A stretch of DNA of 53,531 nt from Candidatus Saccharimonadales bacterium (GTDB taxonomy: Bacteria > Patescibacteriota > Saccharimonadia > Saccharimonadales > JACDFO01): the NCBI GenBank assembly GCA_038255465.1, contig JBBSLJ010000006.1:1-53531 (forward strand), read 5' to 3'. This document shows positions 27,065 through 36,257 of the stretch, one piece after another. A model generated the notes under the pieces. The model searched no databases. It was not told the DNA's origin and saw nothing but the letters and a program-made list of their open reading frames with translations. A program made the translations under genes and the position numbers. Numbering within the stretch: the stretch's first letter is position 1; every line of letters starts with the position of its first letter.

Positions 27065-29520
27065 AAATAAGCGATAATTGGTTAAAGCAGTTTACTGATG
27101 TTTCTATGCCCATTGATGAATTTGTGGCCAAAATCGGAGCACAACTTGGTGCCGTCGAGGAAGTGATTGACTTAGGCAAAAAGTACCGTGGTATTGTGGT
27201 TGCCAAGGTTGTAGCCTGCGAACAACACCCTAATGCGGATAAGCTAAAAGTCTGCACTATTGACGACGGTGGTATTACCCCTGATGTCAATAGGGACGAA
27301 AACGGTCATGTCCAGGTGGTATGCGGGGCACCTAATGTCAGGGCGGGCCTGATGGTTGCTTGGCTTCCGCCAGGTTCGACTGTGCCGAGTTCGTATGATA
27401 AAGAACCGTTCGTGCTTGAAGCGCGTGACCTGCGCGGCGTCGTGAGTAACGGCATGCTTGCCAGCGCGGCTGAGTTGGCTATAAGTGATGATCACGACGG
27501 AATTGTCGAGGTTGATATAGAAGCTGCGCCAGGCACGGATTTTGCCGAATTATATGAACTCAACGATCATATTATTGATATAGAAAATAAAATGTTTACG
27601 CACCGTCCGGACTGCTTTGGTATTTTAGGTGTAGCTCGTGAGATTGCCGGCATTTGCCAGCTGCCATTTAAAAGCCCGGACTGGTACCGTGCGCCGCTTG
27701 ACCGCATAAAGCCAGGTAAGTCAGCCCTGCAACTGACCATCAAAAATGAAATAACCGATCTTGTGCCGCGTTTTATGGCGGTTGCGATGGCTGATGTAAC
27801 TATCAAGCCTAGCCCGCTCATTATTCAGACATATCTGAGCCGTGTCGGACTCAGGCCTATTAATAACGTAGTTGATGTAACAAATTACTTGATGATACTT
27901 ACCGGCCAGCCCACGCATGCATATGATTATGACAAACTAAACGGACCTAGCTTAGAGACGCGTCGTTCAAAAATTGGCGACAAGCTGAAGCTATTAAACG
28001 GCAAAGAGATAACCTTTCAGGACGATAGCACCGTTCTAATTACTTCCGCTGATGTACCTGTCGGTATCGGCGGCGTTATGGGTGGGGCTGACACAGAGGT
28101 TGGTGAATCTACCAAAAACATCGTGATTGAATGCGCTAACTTTAATATGTATTCCATCCGCCGCACCAGCATGAAGTACGGATTATTTACTGACGCTGTG
28201 ACGCGCTTTAACAAGGGCCAATCAGTCTTCCAGCCAGATGTAGTGCTGGAAGAAGCAGTGGCAACTATGCAATATGTATCAGGTGGTCATATAGCGAGTG
28301 AAGTATTTGACATAAAAAATCAGGAATTGACACCAGGGGCTGCTATCGAAGTAACATCTGGGTTTATTAATGTTCGATTAGGATCAGACCTTGCTACCGA
28401 AGACGTGGGGCGCTTGCTTGAAAACGTTGAATGTAGCGTTGAGTTGCATGGCGATACAGTTTTGGTAACACCGCCCTACTGGCGAACTGATATTGAAATT
28501 CCCGAAGATATCGTAGAAGAGGTGGGCCGTCTGCACGGTTATGATAATCTGCTGGTTAATCTCCCAAGATGTCAAATTAAACCTGTCAGGCTAAATGCTA
28601 TGTTGGCCCTTAAATCCAAAATCCGCCAGTCTTTGTCGAAAGCGGGCGCAAACGAAGTGCTAACGTATAGTTTTGTGCACGGCAATTTATTGGAAAAAGT
28701 CGGTCATGACAAGCAGAATGCTTTTCGGCTGAGCAATGCCCTTAGCCCAGGGCTTCAGTACTATCGCCAGAGTCTTTTGCCAAGCTTGCTTGAAAAGGTG
28801 CATCCAAATAGTAAGGCCGGGTTTGATACATTTGCGCTTTTTGAACTTAACAAAACGCATTCGAAGCTTTGGTCAGATGACGGCCTGCCAAAAGAACTCG
28901 AGAACCTCGGGCTTGTTGTTGCGGCAGATGACAAGATCAAACCTCATGGCGCTGCGTTTTATCAGGCCCGTAAATATCTTGATGAACTAGCTGCTTCTAT
29001 GGGCGTTCTGCTTCGCTACGAACCAATAAGCGAGGCACCAGAACATCCGGTGGCGGCACCTTTTGACATAAATCGCTCAGCTCAAGTCTATTTGGCGGAT
29101 ACAGATAAAACGTTAGGTTATATAGGTGAGTTTAGCTTAGCTACCAAAAAAGCACTTAAACTGCCATCGTATTGTGCCGGTTTTGAAATCAGCCTTTCCA
29201 GCACATTGGCGGAGTATAAGCCGACTTATCGACGGCTTTCTCGATTTCCAAGCGTAGAACAGGACATTTCACTGCGCGTGAAGGCAGACACGGCTTTTAA
29301 TGAGATTGAGCATTGCTTGCGAGAGAACTTTAATTTTCCTGAAGCCACTACGCACGAGTTTTATCCTATCGATATTTATCACAAGAATGACGTTAAACAT
29401 GTTACTTTCAGACTAAAGATTGCTTCATATCAAAAAACAATGACCGCACAAGAGGTGAACGAGCTGCTGGATAGCGTAGCAGCAAGAGCCAACGAAGCAT
29501 TAGGGGCAGAAAGAATATAA
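27061..29520 (+). CDS. pheT: Phenylalanyl-tRNA synthetase beta subunit
   Basis: HPNADKL, VCGAPN, RPDC, RTDIEIPEDIVEEVGR, C-terminal FDX-ACB domain. Confidence 0.97.
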   Translation: MKISDNWLKQFTDVSMPIDEFVAKIGAQLGAVEEVIDLGKKYRGIVVAKVVACEQHPNADKLKVCTIDDGGITPDVNRDENGHVQVVCGAPNVRAGLMVAWLPPGSTVPSSYDKEPFVLEARDLRGVVSNGMLASAAELAISDDHDGIVEVDIEAAPGTDFAELYELNDHIIDIENKMFTHRPDCFGILGVAREIAGICQLPFKSPDWYRAPLDRIKPGKSALQLTIKNEITDLVPRFMAVAMADVTIKPSPLIIQTYLSRVGLRPINNVVDVTNYLMILTGQPTHAYDYDKLNGPSLETRRSKIGDKLKLLNGKEITFQDDSTVLITSADVPVGIGGVMGGADTEVGESTKNIVIECANFNMYSIRRTSMKYGLFTDAVTRFNKGQSVFQPDVVLEEAVATMQYVSGGHIASEVFDIKNQELTPGAAIEVTSGFINVRLGSDLATEDVGRLLENVECSVELHGDTVLVTPPYWRTDIEIPEDIVEEVGRLHGYDNLLVNLPRCQIKPVRLNAMLALKSKIRQSLSKAGANEVLTYSFVHGNLLEKVGHDKQNAFRLSNALSPGLQYYRQSLLPSLLEKVHPNSKAGFDTFALFELNKTHSKLWSDDGLPKELENLGLVVAADDKIKPHGAAFYQARKYLDELAASMGVLLRYEPISEAPEHPVAAPFDINRSAQVYLADTDKTLGYIGEFSLATKKALKLPSYCAGFEISLSSTLAEYKPTYRRLSRFPSVEQDISLRVKADTAFNEIEHCLRENFNFPEATTHEFYPIDIYHKNDVKHVTFRLKIASYQKTMTAQEVNELLDSVAARANEALGAERI

Positions 29521-29543
29521 AGTAGGAATAAGTTTAGTAAAAC

Positions 29544-29571
29544 TTGCTTATTTGCATAAGAGTGGTATTAT
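29544..29571 (+). promoter_or_regulatory. Sigma70 promoter upstream of the large structured RNA
   Basis: TTGCTT, 16-nt spacer, TATTAT with an extended -10 TG. Confidence 0.55.
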
Positions 29572-29577
29572 TTTATA

Positions 29578-30441
29578 GCTAAACGATGGAGTTTTCTCCC
29601 GTAAAAGCGTACTTTGACAGGTGTGATCATATTTTCGTTCTAGTTTGCCGGGTATGACTGGTATCTCAGTTGACAGAGCTCTGCCAACTCATACCGCATA
29701 CAGGAAGGACCGGTGTCCCGCCCCCGCTCCGCTAACGCGCTTGCACGCTTAATGGCTGTGCGCGCCGACGCGTATGAGTGGTACAAGGATCGACTCTTTC
29801 TGTGTGTTCTTGGAGAAGCGTGAGTTCTAGTTGATTGACTAGTATTTCCTGCTACTTGCAGTTAATGCTTTGGCAATCATCGCCTCTCCACAATCGCGGA
29901 ATCGGCTAACCAGCCGTTTCTAGGGGGTAGGGAAAAAGGGTCCGTGACACCGGTGTGTCGCGTTGAGCCTGGTCAGTCTCCCTCGACTGGCTATTCCCGC
30001 CCGGGTCCCGGGGATGGCTTCCGCCAAGCCCCCTGGGATCCGTCATCGCGAGCTCGAAATTTTGAGCTCCACAGTTGCGAGTGCCGCGGATTCAGGCCCA
30101 CCCCAATGGGCTTTTGCGTCCGCGGCACTCGCGCCAGTTTGTCCATCGACTCACCCTAAGGAGGTGATTTAATTGCCACGTAGCGGCATGAGAGGCTGTA
30201 AGGGATGTTGCTCAGGATGCAACGGACGCGCTGGACGCAGCTCATTCGGAGGTCTCAGCAAGGTCACGTGCAGGTCTTGCGACAACACCTCACACGTAAG
30301 AGGCTGCCCAGAACGACCGCGCTGAGCGCAAACAAGAACGGAACAGACGAGCATTCGTGCTCACGCTTTGGCATATTGCCAAACCGTATCACACCTGTCC
30401 GTTCCCCAAAGTTTCTGAACACTCAGAGCCTTCGGGGAACG
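29578..30441 (+). ncRNA. Candidate large ornate structured RNA (~800-850 nt) containing an internal small ORF
   Basis: Nested long-range helices 29616-27/30388-99 (12/12) and 29633-48/30328-43 (15/16). More than 12 local hairpins, many with G-U pairs on the + strand. GC-richer than its flanks. Confidence 0.7.
30173..30325 (+). CDS. 50-aa Cys/Arg/Gly-rich putative zinc-binding microprotein
   Basis: TAAGGAGGTGAT (30157-68), TTG start, MPRSGMRGCKGCCSGCNGRAGRSSFGGLSKVTCRSCDNTSHVRGCPERPR, TGA stop. Confidence 0.6.
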   Translation: MPRSGMRGCKGCCSGCNGRAGRSSFGGLSKVTCRSCDNTSHVRGCPERPR

Positions 30442-30600
30442 ATCACTTGCTAGATCAAATTTCTTTAAATGTCATTTTCCCAATCCGTACATCACATAAA
30501 TGTATAATATTAAACGCTATAGCGTGAAATATTAAGCAAATTATTTTGTTGCGGTGGGTGAGTATTGTAGATGAACACTTAACGTGTTAAGCTTTACGTA

Positions 30601-32376
30601 ATGAATGCTATTTGGAAAATTTTGGTTTCAACCCGCGAGCTAAAGCGCTATTACATAGCCGTGAGTCTGATCATGGTCGCCGTATCTTTAACGGGACTTA
30701 TCGCACCAATTGTGAGCGGTAGGGCCGTTGATGAGCTTCGTTTGGGCGCTGACGCTCGTATCTCATTTCTTGTTATGCTGGCCGTGGCTATTTTTGCGCT
30801 TGACGTAGTTAATACATTTTTGAACAACATTGGTGGATATCTTGGCGATCAAATGTCTGCCAAACTTATTAAGATACTTTCTGTGCGCTACTATGAACAC
30901 CTGCTGAGCTTGCCACAGCGTTACTTTGACACAGAACTATCCGGCAAGATCATTAACCGGCTGAACCGATCAATCCAGCAAATTGCCACCTGGATGCAGA
31001 TGATGAGCAACAACTTTCTTCAGTTTATTTTTAGTACGGTGTTTTCGCTCGGGGTCATTGCTTACTACAGCCTGCCTGTGGCGTTCTTGCTATTTTTGCT
31101 GTATCCCATTTATATTTGGCAAACGGTCAGAACAAGCAATACTTGGCAAAAGTATCAGTCGGACAAAAACCATCAGTTTGATATGGCTTCCGGACGATTC
31201 GCAGAGTCAATTAGCCAGGTTAAAGTAGTTAAAAGCTTTAACCAAGAACAACATGAGCTTAGCTTCTTCAAGCGATTTGCCCAGAAAGCAGTTGACATCA
31301 ATAAGCCGCAGTCAAAGTTCTGGCACATTCGTGATGTTCGTCGGCGCCTGGTTTTAAATGCTATTTTTCTGCTGGTATACGGCTTTATATTTGTCCAGGC
31401 TGCCCAGGGACTTTATAGCCCTGGATCTGCCGTAGTACTCATTTTATTAGCGAATCAGATCAGAATTCCTATTTTTACTATTAGCTTTTTGGTAGAAAGT
31501 ACCCAGCGCGCAGTAGCGGACAGCAAAGATTATTTTGAAATTATGAATAAAAAACCAGAGATCGCCGACAAGCTTGGTGCAAGTAAACTAAAAGTGACGC
31601 AAGGCAGCATAGTTTTTGACGCAATGTCATTTAGCTATGACAAAAAACAACCGATTCTAAAAGACATCAGCCTTGAAATTGAGCCAGATACTAAAATCGC
31701 CTTAGTTGGTGAAAGCGGGGAGGGTAAAACCACCCTTACCAACTTACTGCTGAGGTTATACGAACCGGAGCGCGGAGAAATAAGAATTGATGAGCAGAAT
31801 ATAGGTAACGTTACGCAGGCCAGTTTGAGGGCTGCTATTGGTGTGGTGTTTCAGGAACCGGCATTGTTTAGCGGAAGTATCAAAGAGAACATTGCGTACG
31901 CCCGTCCGCACGCAACTATAAAACAGATCACCGCGGCTGCAAAAGCTGCAAATGCCCACGACTTTATCACAAAACTCGGGGAAGGCTATGATACTGAAAT
32001 CGGAGAACGCGGGCTAAGACTATCCGGAGGTCAAAAACAACGTATTGCCATAGCAAGGGCGTTGTTAAAAGATGCGCCTATTCTGATTCTTGATGAAGCT
32101 ACCAGCAGCCTGGACAGCAAGTCAGAAACAATGGTGCAGGTAGCGCTTGAACGGCTTATGCAAGGACGCACTACAATTATTATTGCTCACCGACTGAGCA
32201 CTATTCAGCACGTCGATCAGATTGTAACGATTAAAGATGGACGTATCAACGAGGTTGGTTCGCCAGCGCGCCTAGCTAAAAGCGGCGGGATTTATGCTCA
32301 GCTGCTTGATCTGCAGCGCGGGAAGAAATCAGAATCCACCAAGAAAAAACTGCGACAATTTGAAATAAATGCATAA
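30601..32376 (+). CDS. ABC exporter, fused permease/ATPase
   Basis: TM domain plus GESGEGKTT, LSGGQKQR, ILDEAT. Confidence 0.95.
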   Translation: MNAIWKILVSTRELKRYYIAVSLIMVAVSLTGLIAPIVSGRAVDELRLGADARISFLVMLAVAIFALDVVNTFLNNIGGYLGDQMSAKLIKILSVRYYEHLLSLPQRYFDTELSGKIINRLNRSIQQIATWMQMMSNNFLQFIFSTVFSLGVIAYYSLPVAFLLFLLYPIYIWQTVRTSNTWQKYQSDKNHQFDMASGRFAESISQVKVVKSFNQEQHELSFFKRFAQKAVDINKPQSKFWHIRDVRRRLVLNAIFLLVYGFIFVQAAQGLYSPGSAVVLILLANQIRIPIFTISFLVESTQRAVADSKDYFEIMNKKPEIADKLGASKLKVTQGSIVFDAMSFSYDKKQPILKDISLEIEPDTKIALVGESGEGKTTLTNLLLRLYEPERGEIRIDEQNIGNVTQASLRAAIGVVFQEPALFSGSIKENIAYARPHATIKQITAAAKAANAHDFITKLGEGYDTEIGERGLRLSGGQKQRIAIARALLKDAPILILDEATSSLDSKSETMVQVALERLMQGRTTIIIAHRLSTIQHVDQIVTIKDGRINEVGSPARLAKSGGIYAQLLDLQRGKKSESTKKKLRQFEINA

Positions 32377-32393
32377 GGTATACTGATATACAT

Positions 32394-32849
32394 ATGAGAA
32401 AAGCAGTTCGGGCGATAATTATTAAAGATGACAGTTTGCTGGTTATGAACCGGAATAAGTTCGGTACAATCTACGACACCTTACCGGGGGGTAATATAGA
32501 GGCTGGGGAAACGCCTGAGCAAGCATTGTATCGCGAGGTTCAAGAAGAGACGATGGTTGAATTTACCAACCCAAGACTGGTTTTTATAGAACATTCGGAC
32601 CCGATGTACGGTGACCAACATGTATTTTTATGTGAATATATGCAGGGCGAGCCGCAACTGCATCCTGAATCTGAAGAGCAGAAGATAAACAAACTTGGAA
32701 AAAATTTGTATACCCCGACATGGCTTCCAATTACAGATTTTAAAAACGCGCCGTTTTTGTCTAATAAATTGCAAGCCAAACTGTTACACGCTTTAGCGCA
32801 TGGCTGGCCAGAGCATCCAGAAGAATTTGCTAGCACTGGCAACGTTTAA
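32394..32849 (+). CDS. NUDIX hydrolase
   Basis: PGGNIEAGETPEQALYREVQEET Nudix box. Confidence 0.92.
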   Translation: MRKAVRAIIIKDDSLLVMNRNKFGTIYDTLPGGNIEAGETPEQALYREVQEETMVEFTNPRLVFIEHSDPMYGDQHVFLCEYMQGEPQLHPESEEQKINKLGKNLYTPTWLPITDFKNAPFLSNKLQAKLLHALAHGWPEHPEEFASTGNV

Positions 32850-32861
32850 TAGGTATACTAC

Positions 32862-33485
32862 ATGTCTGAATCAGGAGGACACATGGCATCGAAATCGCAG
32901 CGTTTTATGGCGCTCACTTTAGCAGTATTATTTTTGGCTACTACGGTTGCCACGGGGGCGGTCGTAATCTGGCAAATAAGAGAAGAAAATAAAGCAAAGC
33001 AAATAACTGACCGCAGTTCAGCAGACGGCTCTGCGAGCCCACTGAACCAAGCCAGCGAACAATTAAATCCACAGGAGAAACCAAATATGTTAGAAGGAAC
33101 GCAACTCGCAAACTTTACCGCCAGTGCCGAAAGAGTGCAAGCTGTGCAGGCAACTGATACAGTTCCCGGAACGGGTCAAGAGGTGAAAAAGGGTGACAAA
33201 ATTACCGCTCACTATACTGGTGCGCTGGTCGCCTCCGGCAAAATCTTTCAGAGTTCGATTGACACGGGCAGTCCGTTCAGTGCGACGTTACTTACGTCTG
33301 CAGAATCTCCTGACGGACGAGGTCTTATTGAAGGTTGGGTTGAGGGTATTCCGGGTATGAAAGTTGGTGGCACGCGCCGTTTAGTAATTCCTGCTGCAAA
33401 GGCTTACGGTCCCGGTGGTAGCCCGCCGAGTATTCCGGGTGATGCTGATCTTGTGTTTGATATTGAACTGGTTTCAATTAACTAA
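32862..33485 (+). CDS. Membrane-anchored FKBP-type peptidyl-prolyl isomerase
   Basis: HYTG, LIEGW, GMKVGGTRRLVIP, AYG, LVFDIEL. Confidence 0.92.
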   Translation: MSESGGHMASKSQRFMALTLAVLFLATTVATGAVVIWQIREENKAKQITDRSSADGSASPLNQASEQLNPQEKPNMLEGTQLANFTASAERVQAVQATDTVPGTGQEVKKGDKITAHYTGALVASGKIFQSSIDTGSPFSATLLTSAESPDGRGLIEGWVEGIPGMKVGGTRRLVIPAAKAYGPGGSPPSIPGDADLVFDIELVSIN

Positions 33486-33585
33486 AAAACACAACATGTA
33501 GCGTATTGCATAAGCACTATAGCGCTATATATAATGAATAAAGAACCCAGAAAGTAAAAATAATCAATACTAAGGAGAACCAGCC

Positions 33586-33834
33586 ATGGTCAAAAATATC
33601 ACTATCTTTACTACCAATACGTGCGCATATTGCGTCATGGTAAAGAAATGGCTGGGCGCAAAAGGGTTTACTTACGATGAAGTTAACCTCGATACAAACC
33701 CCGAGCGCCAAAAGGATGCATTTGCAGCCAGTGGAACTCTTTCTGTGCCGGTTACAATCATTACCAAGCAAGATGATAGCAAAGAGGTTGTTGTTGGCTA
33801 TAACTTGGCTAAGCTAGCACCTGCGGTGGCATAG
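33586..33834 (+). CDS. Glutaredoxin/NrdH-like protein
   Basis: CAYC and SVP motifs. AAGGAG SD. Confidence 0.9.
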   Translation: MVKNITIFTTNTCAYCVMVKKWLGAKGFTYDEVNLDTNPERQKDAFAASGTLSVPVTIITKQDDSKEVVVGYNLAKLAPAVA

Positions 33835-33836
33835 TA

Positions 33837-34820
33837 ATGACCGACAAAGAAGTTCATGATGTGATAATGGTTGGTGCGGGTCCCGCAGCATTGACGGCCG
33901 CTATTTATACGACCCGTGAAGATATTGATACAGTTTTGTTTGAAAAGGGCGTAATCGGTGGGCTTGCAGCGATTACTGACTGGATTGATAATTATCCTGG
34001 TTTTGCTAAAGGTATCTCCGGGCTTGATTTAGCAGACGCCTTGCGTGAGCAGGCTGAGCGGTTTGGGGCTGATATTCGCTTGGGCGAAGTGCTTGAAATA
34101 GCAGACGAAGGCACGTTAAAAAAACTTATTACGACCGACGGCGATATATATGCTAAGACGGTGCTGTTGGCAACCGGGAGCGACTATAAAAGACTCGGCA
34201 TTCCAGGCGAGCAAGAATACTATGCGCGAGGAGTGCATTACTGTGCAACCTGTGACGGCGCGTTCTATAGAGAAAAACGCCTAATTGTAGTCGGCGGTGG
34301 CAACTCGGCTGTACAGGAAGCAATATTTTTAACGCGTTTTGCAACCCACATTGATTTGCTAGTTAGAGGTGATAAGCTCCGGGCATCAGAAATACTGCAA
34401 CAAGAGCTTGAGAAGCAGAAGAGTAAAATTACCGTACACTTTAATACGACAACTGATGAAATTATTGCTGAAAACAACGTCGTCATAAAAGTGATTGGTA
34501 CGGATAAAATTACTGACAAAAAGGTTGAATTTCCGACCGACGGCGTCTTTATATTCATAGGTTTATTACCAAATACGCAATTTTTAAAGAGCTCAAATGT
34601 AGCGCTCGATGAAATCGGTATGATTATCACTGACGCAAAACTCGAAACAAATATGCCTGGAGTATTTGCAGCTGGTGATGTCAGAAGCGGAGCGACAATG
34701 CAGATTGCAAGCGCAGCAGGTGAAGGAGCAACGGCAGCACTTATGATTAGAAAGTATCTTGAAGATCACGAGCGATCTATAGTTGCGCCCCCTGTGCCCG
34801 CTACCATGGCAAAAGTTTAG
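33837..34820 (+). CDS. trxB: Thioredoxin reductase
   Basis: GAGPAA, CATCDG, GGGNSA, FAAGDV. Confidence 0.96.
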   Translation: MTDKEVHDVIMVGAGPAALTAAIYTTREDIDTVLFEKGVIGGLAAITDWIDNYPGFAKGISGLDLADALREQAERFGADIRLGEVLEIADEGTLKKLITTDGDIYAKTVLLATGSDYKRLGIPGEQEYYARGVHYCATCDGAFYREKRLIVVGGGNSAVQEAIFLTRFATHIDLLVRGDKLRASEILQQELEKQKSKITVHFNTTTDEIIAENNVVIKVIGTDKITDKKVEFPTDGVFIFIGLLPNTQFLKSSNVALDEIGMIITDAKLETNMPGVFAAGDVRSGATMQIASAAGEGATAALMIRKYLEDHERSIVAPPVPATMAKV

Positions 34821-34873
34821 GTGCTGTAAGATATTTACTTTACAGGCTGTAGTTTTGCGTGCAAGCTAGTGGA

Positions 34874-35326
34874 ATGACAGAAGTTCTAAAGACTATAACC
34901 ATGTACGAAGCTTGTCTGGCCCACTCTAAAGCCGACAGAGTACTTCGAGTAGTCGTAGGGCGCGAGCTAGAGCCATTCGGGGTTACGATGATGCAGTGGT
35001 TGCTCCTTGTAACCGTAAGTAAAGGTTCCCATTCTGGAATGCGCATGACTGAACTGTCAGAAGAACTTGATGTAACAATGCCGCAGATAACGGCACTTAT
35101 GAATGACTTGGTTGAAGAAAAGCTGGTCAAGCAAAAGATTAACGCCAGTGACCGTCGCAGCCGACGCCTAAGTATTACCGCCACTGGCAAACGGCGTCTT
35201 GAAGAGATTGATTCCAAAATTGACGAGACTTTAAGGAACTGGCTTAAGCCAGTTCCTGCTGAGGATTTAAAAGGTTATTTCACTTGCTTGAAATTGATGA
35301 CTGATTTAAGTACCGAGATCAATTAA
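34874..35326 (+). CDS. MarR family transcriptional regulator
   Basis: TMMQWLLL, ELSEEL, DRRSRRLSITATG. Confidence 0.9.
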   Translation: MTEVLKTITMYEACLAHSKADRVLRVVVGRELEPFGVTMMQWLLLVTVSKGSHSGMRMTELSEELDVTMPQITALMNDLVEEKLVKQKINASDRRSRRLSITATGKRRLEEIDSKIDETLRNWLKPVPAEDLKGYFTCLKLMTDLSTEIN

Positions 35327-35329
35327 TAA

Positions 35330-35362
35330 TAGTTTGGAGGAATGTAAATTCCTTCAAAACTA
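35330..35362. terminator. Terminator hairpin
   Basis: TAGTTTGGAGGAAT-GTAA-ATTCCTTCAAAACTA. Confidence 0.55.
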
Positions 35363-35507
35363 GACATGTTACGATCTGAGTGATACAACACGAAACCGCT
35401 CAGCACGAATGCAGACTGGTTATATTTTGGTTGCCACAATAATGAGCGCGATCAAGGCCGTACAAACTGCGCCAATTAGTAGTCCGAGAATTTTGTATGT
35501 CATGTAC

Positions 35508-36212
35508 TTATAAACCCACGTAATTAGGGAAGAAATCACCGAGAATGCGACGCTTATCAACGCCTAGGTCCGATAGCGCCTTGCTAATGCCCTCAACCAT
35601 GGGCTCGGGCCCTGAAATGTAGTACAGCTTTTTATCAACATTTGGAGCGAGCTCCAAGATTTTATTAGCGTCTAATCGCCCAGTGTGGCCATTCCAGTTC
35701 TTTGGGGCCTCACTCAAAATGAGTTCTGTTGGGACGCCGTATGCATTAAAAATATCTCTAAACGCTACTTCATTTAAATTGGCAGCAGCATAAAGGAGTT
35801 TGACAGTGCGCTGTTCCTGGCTGTCATGTAACCACTTAATCATGCTTCTCATGGGTGTAACGCCAATTCCTCCGGCAATAAAAACTAGCGGTTGCAAGGG
35901 ATCTTTAGGCAATACAAAATCACCCATTGGTTCGCTCATCATCACCGAATCGCCTGGCTTTAACGCTAAAAGCGTTTGCTTAAAAGTACTGCCGTTTTCT
36001 ATAGCCCGTTTTGTGGTAATACTTAGCATCGGTTCGCTAGGGCTTGATGATAAGGTAAACCAACGTCTAGATCCACGCTTATCTGGCTTGTCGTGCGGAA
36101 GTATTAATTCAATAAATTGACCGGCGGTGTACTGTACTGGCCGCTCGGGTTTAAACCAAAATGTTTTAATGTTTTGGGCGGCATCTTCTGTATGTTCAAG
36201 CGTTATTCGCAA
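35508..36212 (-). CDS. FAD/NAD(P)-binding oxidoreductase (FNR-like)
   Basis: AGQF, RWFTLSSSP, FIAGGIGVTP, YISGPEPM. TTG start after GAGG. Confidence 0.9.
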   Translation of the reverse strand: MRITLEHTEDAAQNIKTFWFKPERPVQYTAGQFIELILPHDKPDKRGSRRWFTLSSSPSEPMLSITTKRAIENGSTFKQTLLALKPGDSVMMSEPMGDFVLPKDPLQPLVFIAGGIGVTPMRSMIKWLHDSQEQRTVKLLYAAANLNEVAFRDIFNAYGVPTELILSEAPKNWNGHTGRLDANKILELAPNVDKKLYYISGPEPMVEGISKALSDLGVDKRRILGDFFPNYVGL

Positions 36213-36257
36213 AGCAAATTCCTCATTAGTCTTGTTTAGTATACTATTATTACACCT

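Noticed and set aside
29578-30445. RNase P RNA, tmRNA or SRP RNA as the identity of the large RNA
   Set aside because: I found no GAGGAAAGTCC or ACAGAAnnCGGCTTA on either strand, no tRNA-like ends with T-loop and CCA, and no SRP domain IV motif. This was checked by eye only, so cmscan is still needed.
29944-30453. ORF-track calls 29944..30159, 29963..30172, 30169..30354 and 30205..30453
   Set aside because: They have no convincing RBS or protein motifs and are expected by chance in GC-rich structured sequence. The SD points to the 30173 frame instead.
29621-30456. ORF-less group II intron (GTGTG at 29621; GAGCC...GGGGAAC...CAC near 30426)
   Set aside because: The supposed domain V does not form the ~34-nt hairpin with AGC triad and bulge. 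The GTGTG is locked in the terminal helix, and no interrupted host gene is evident.
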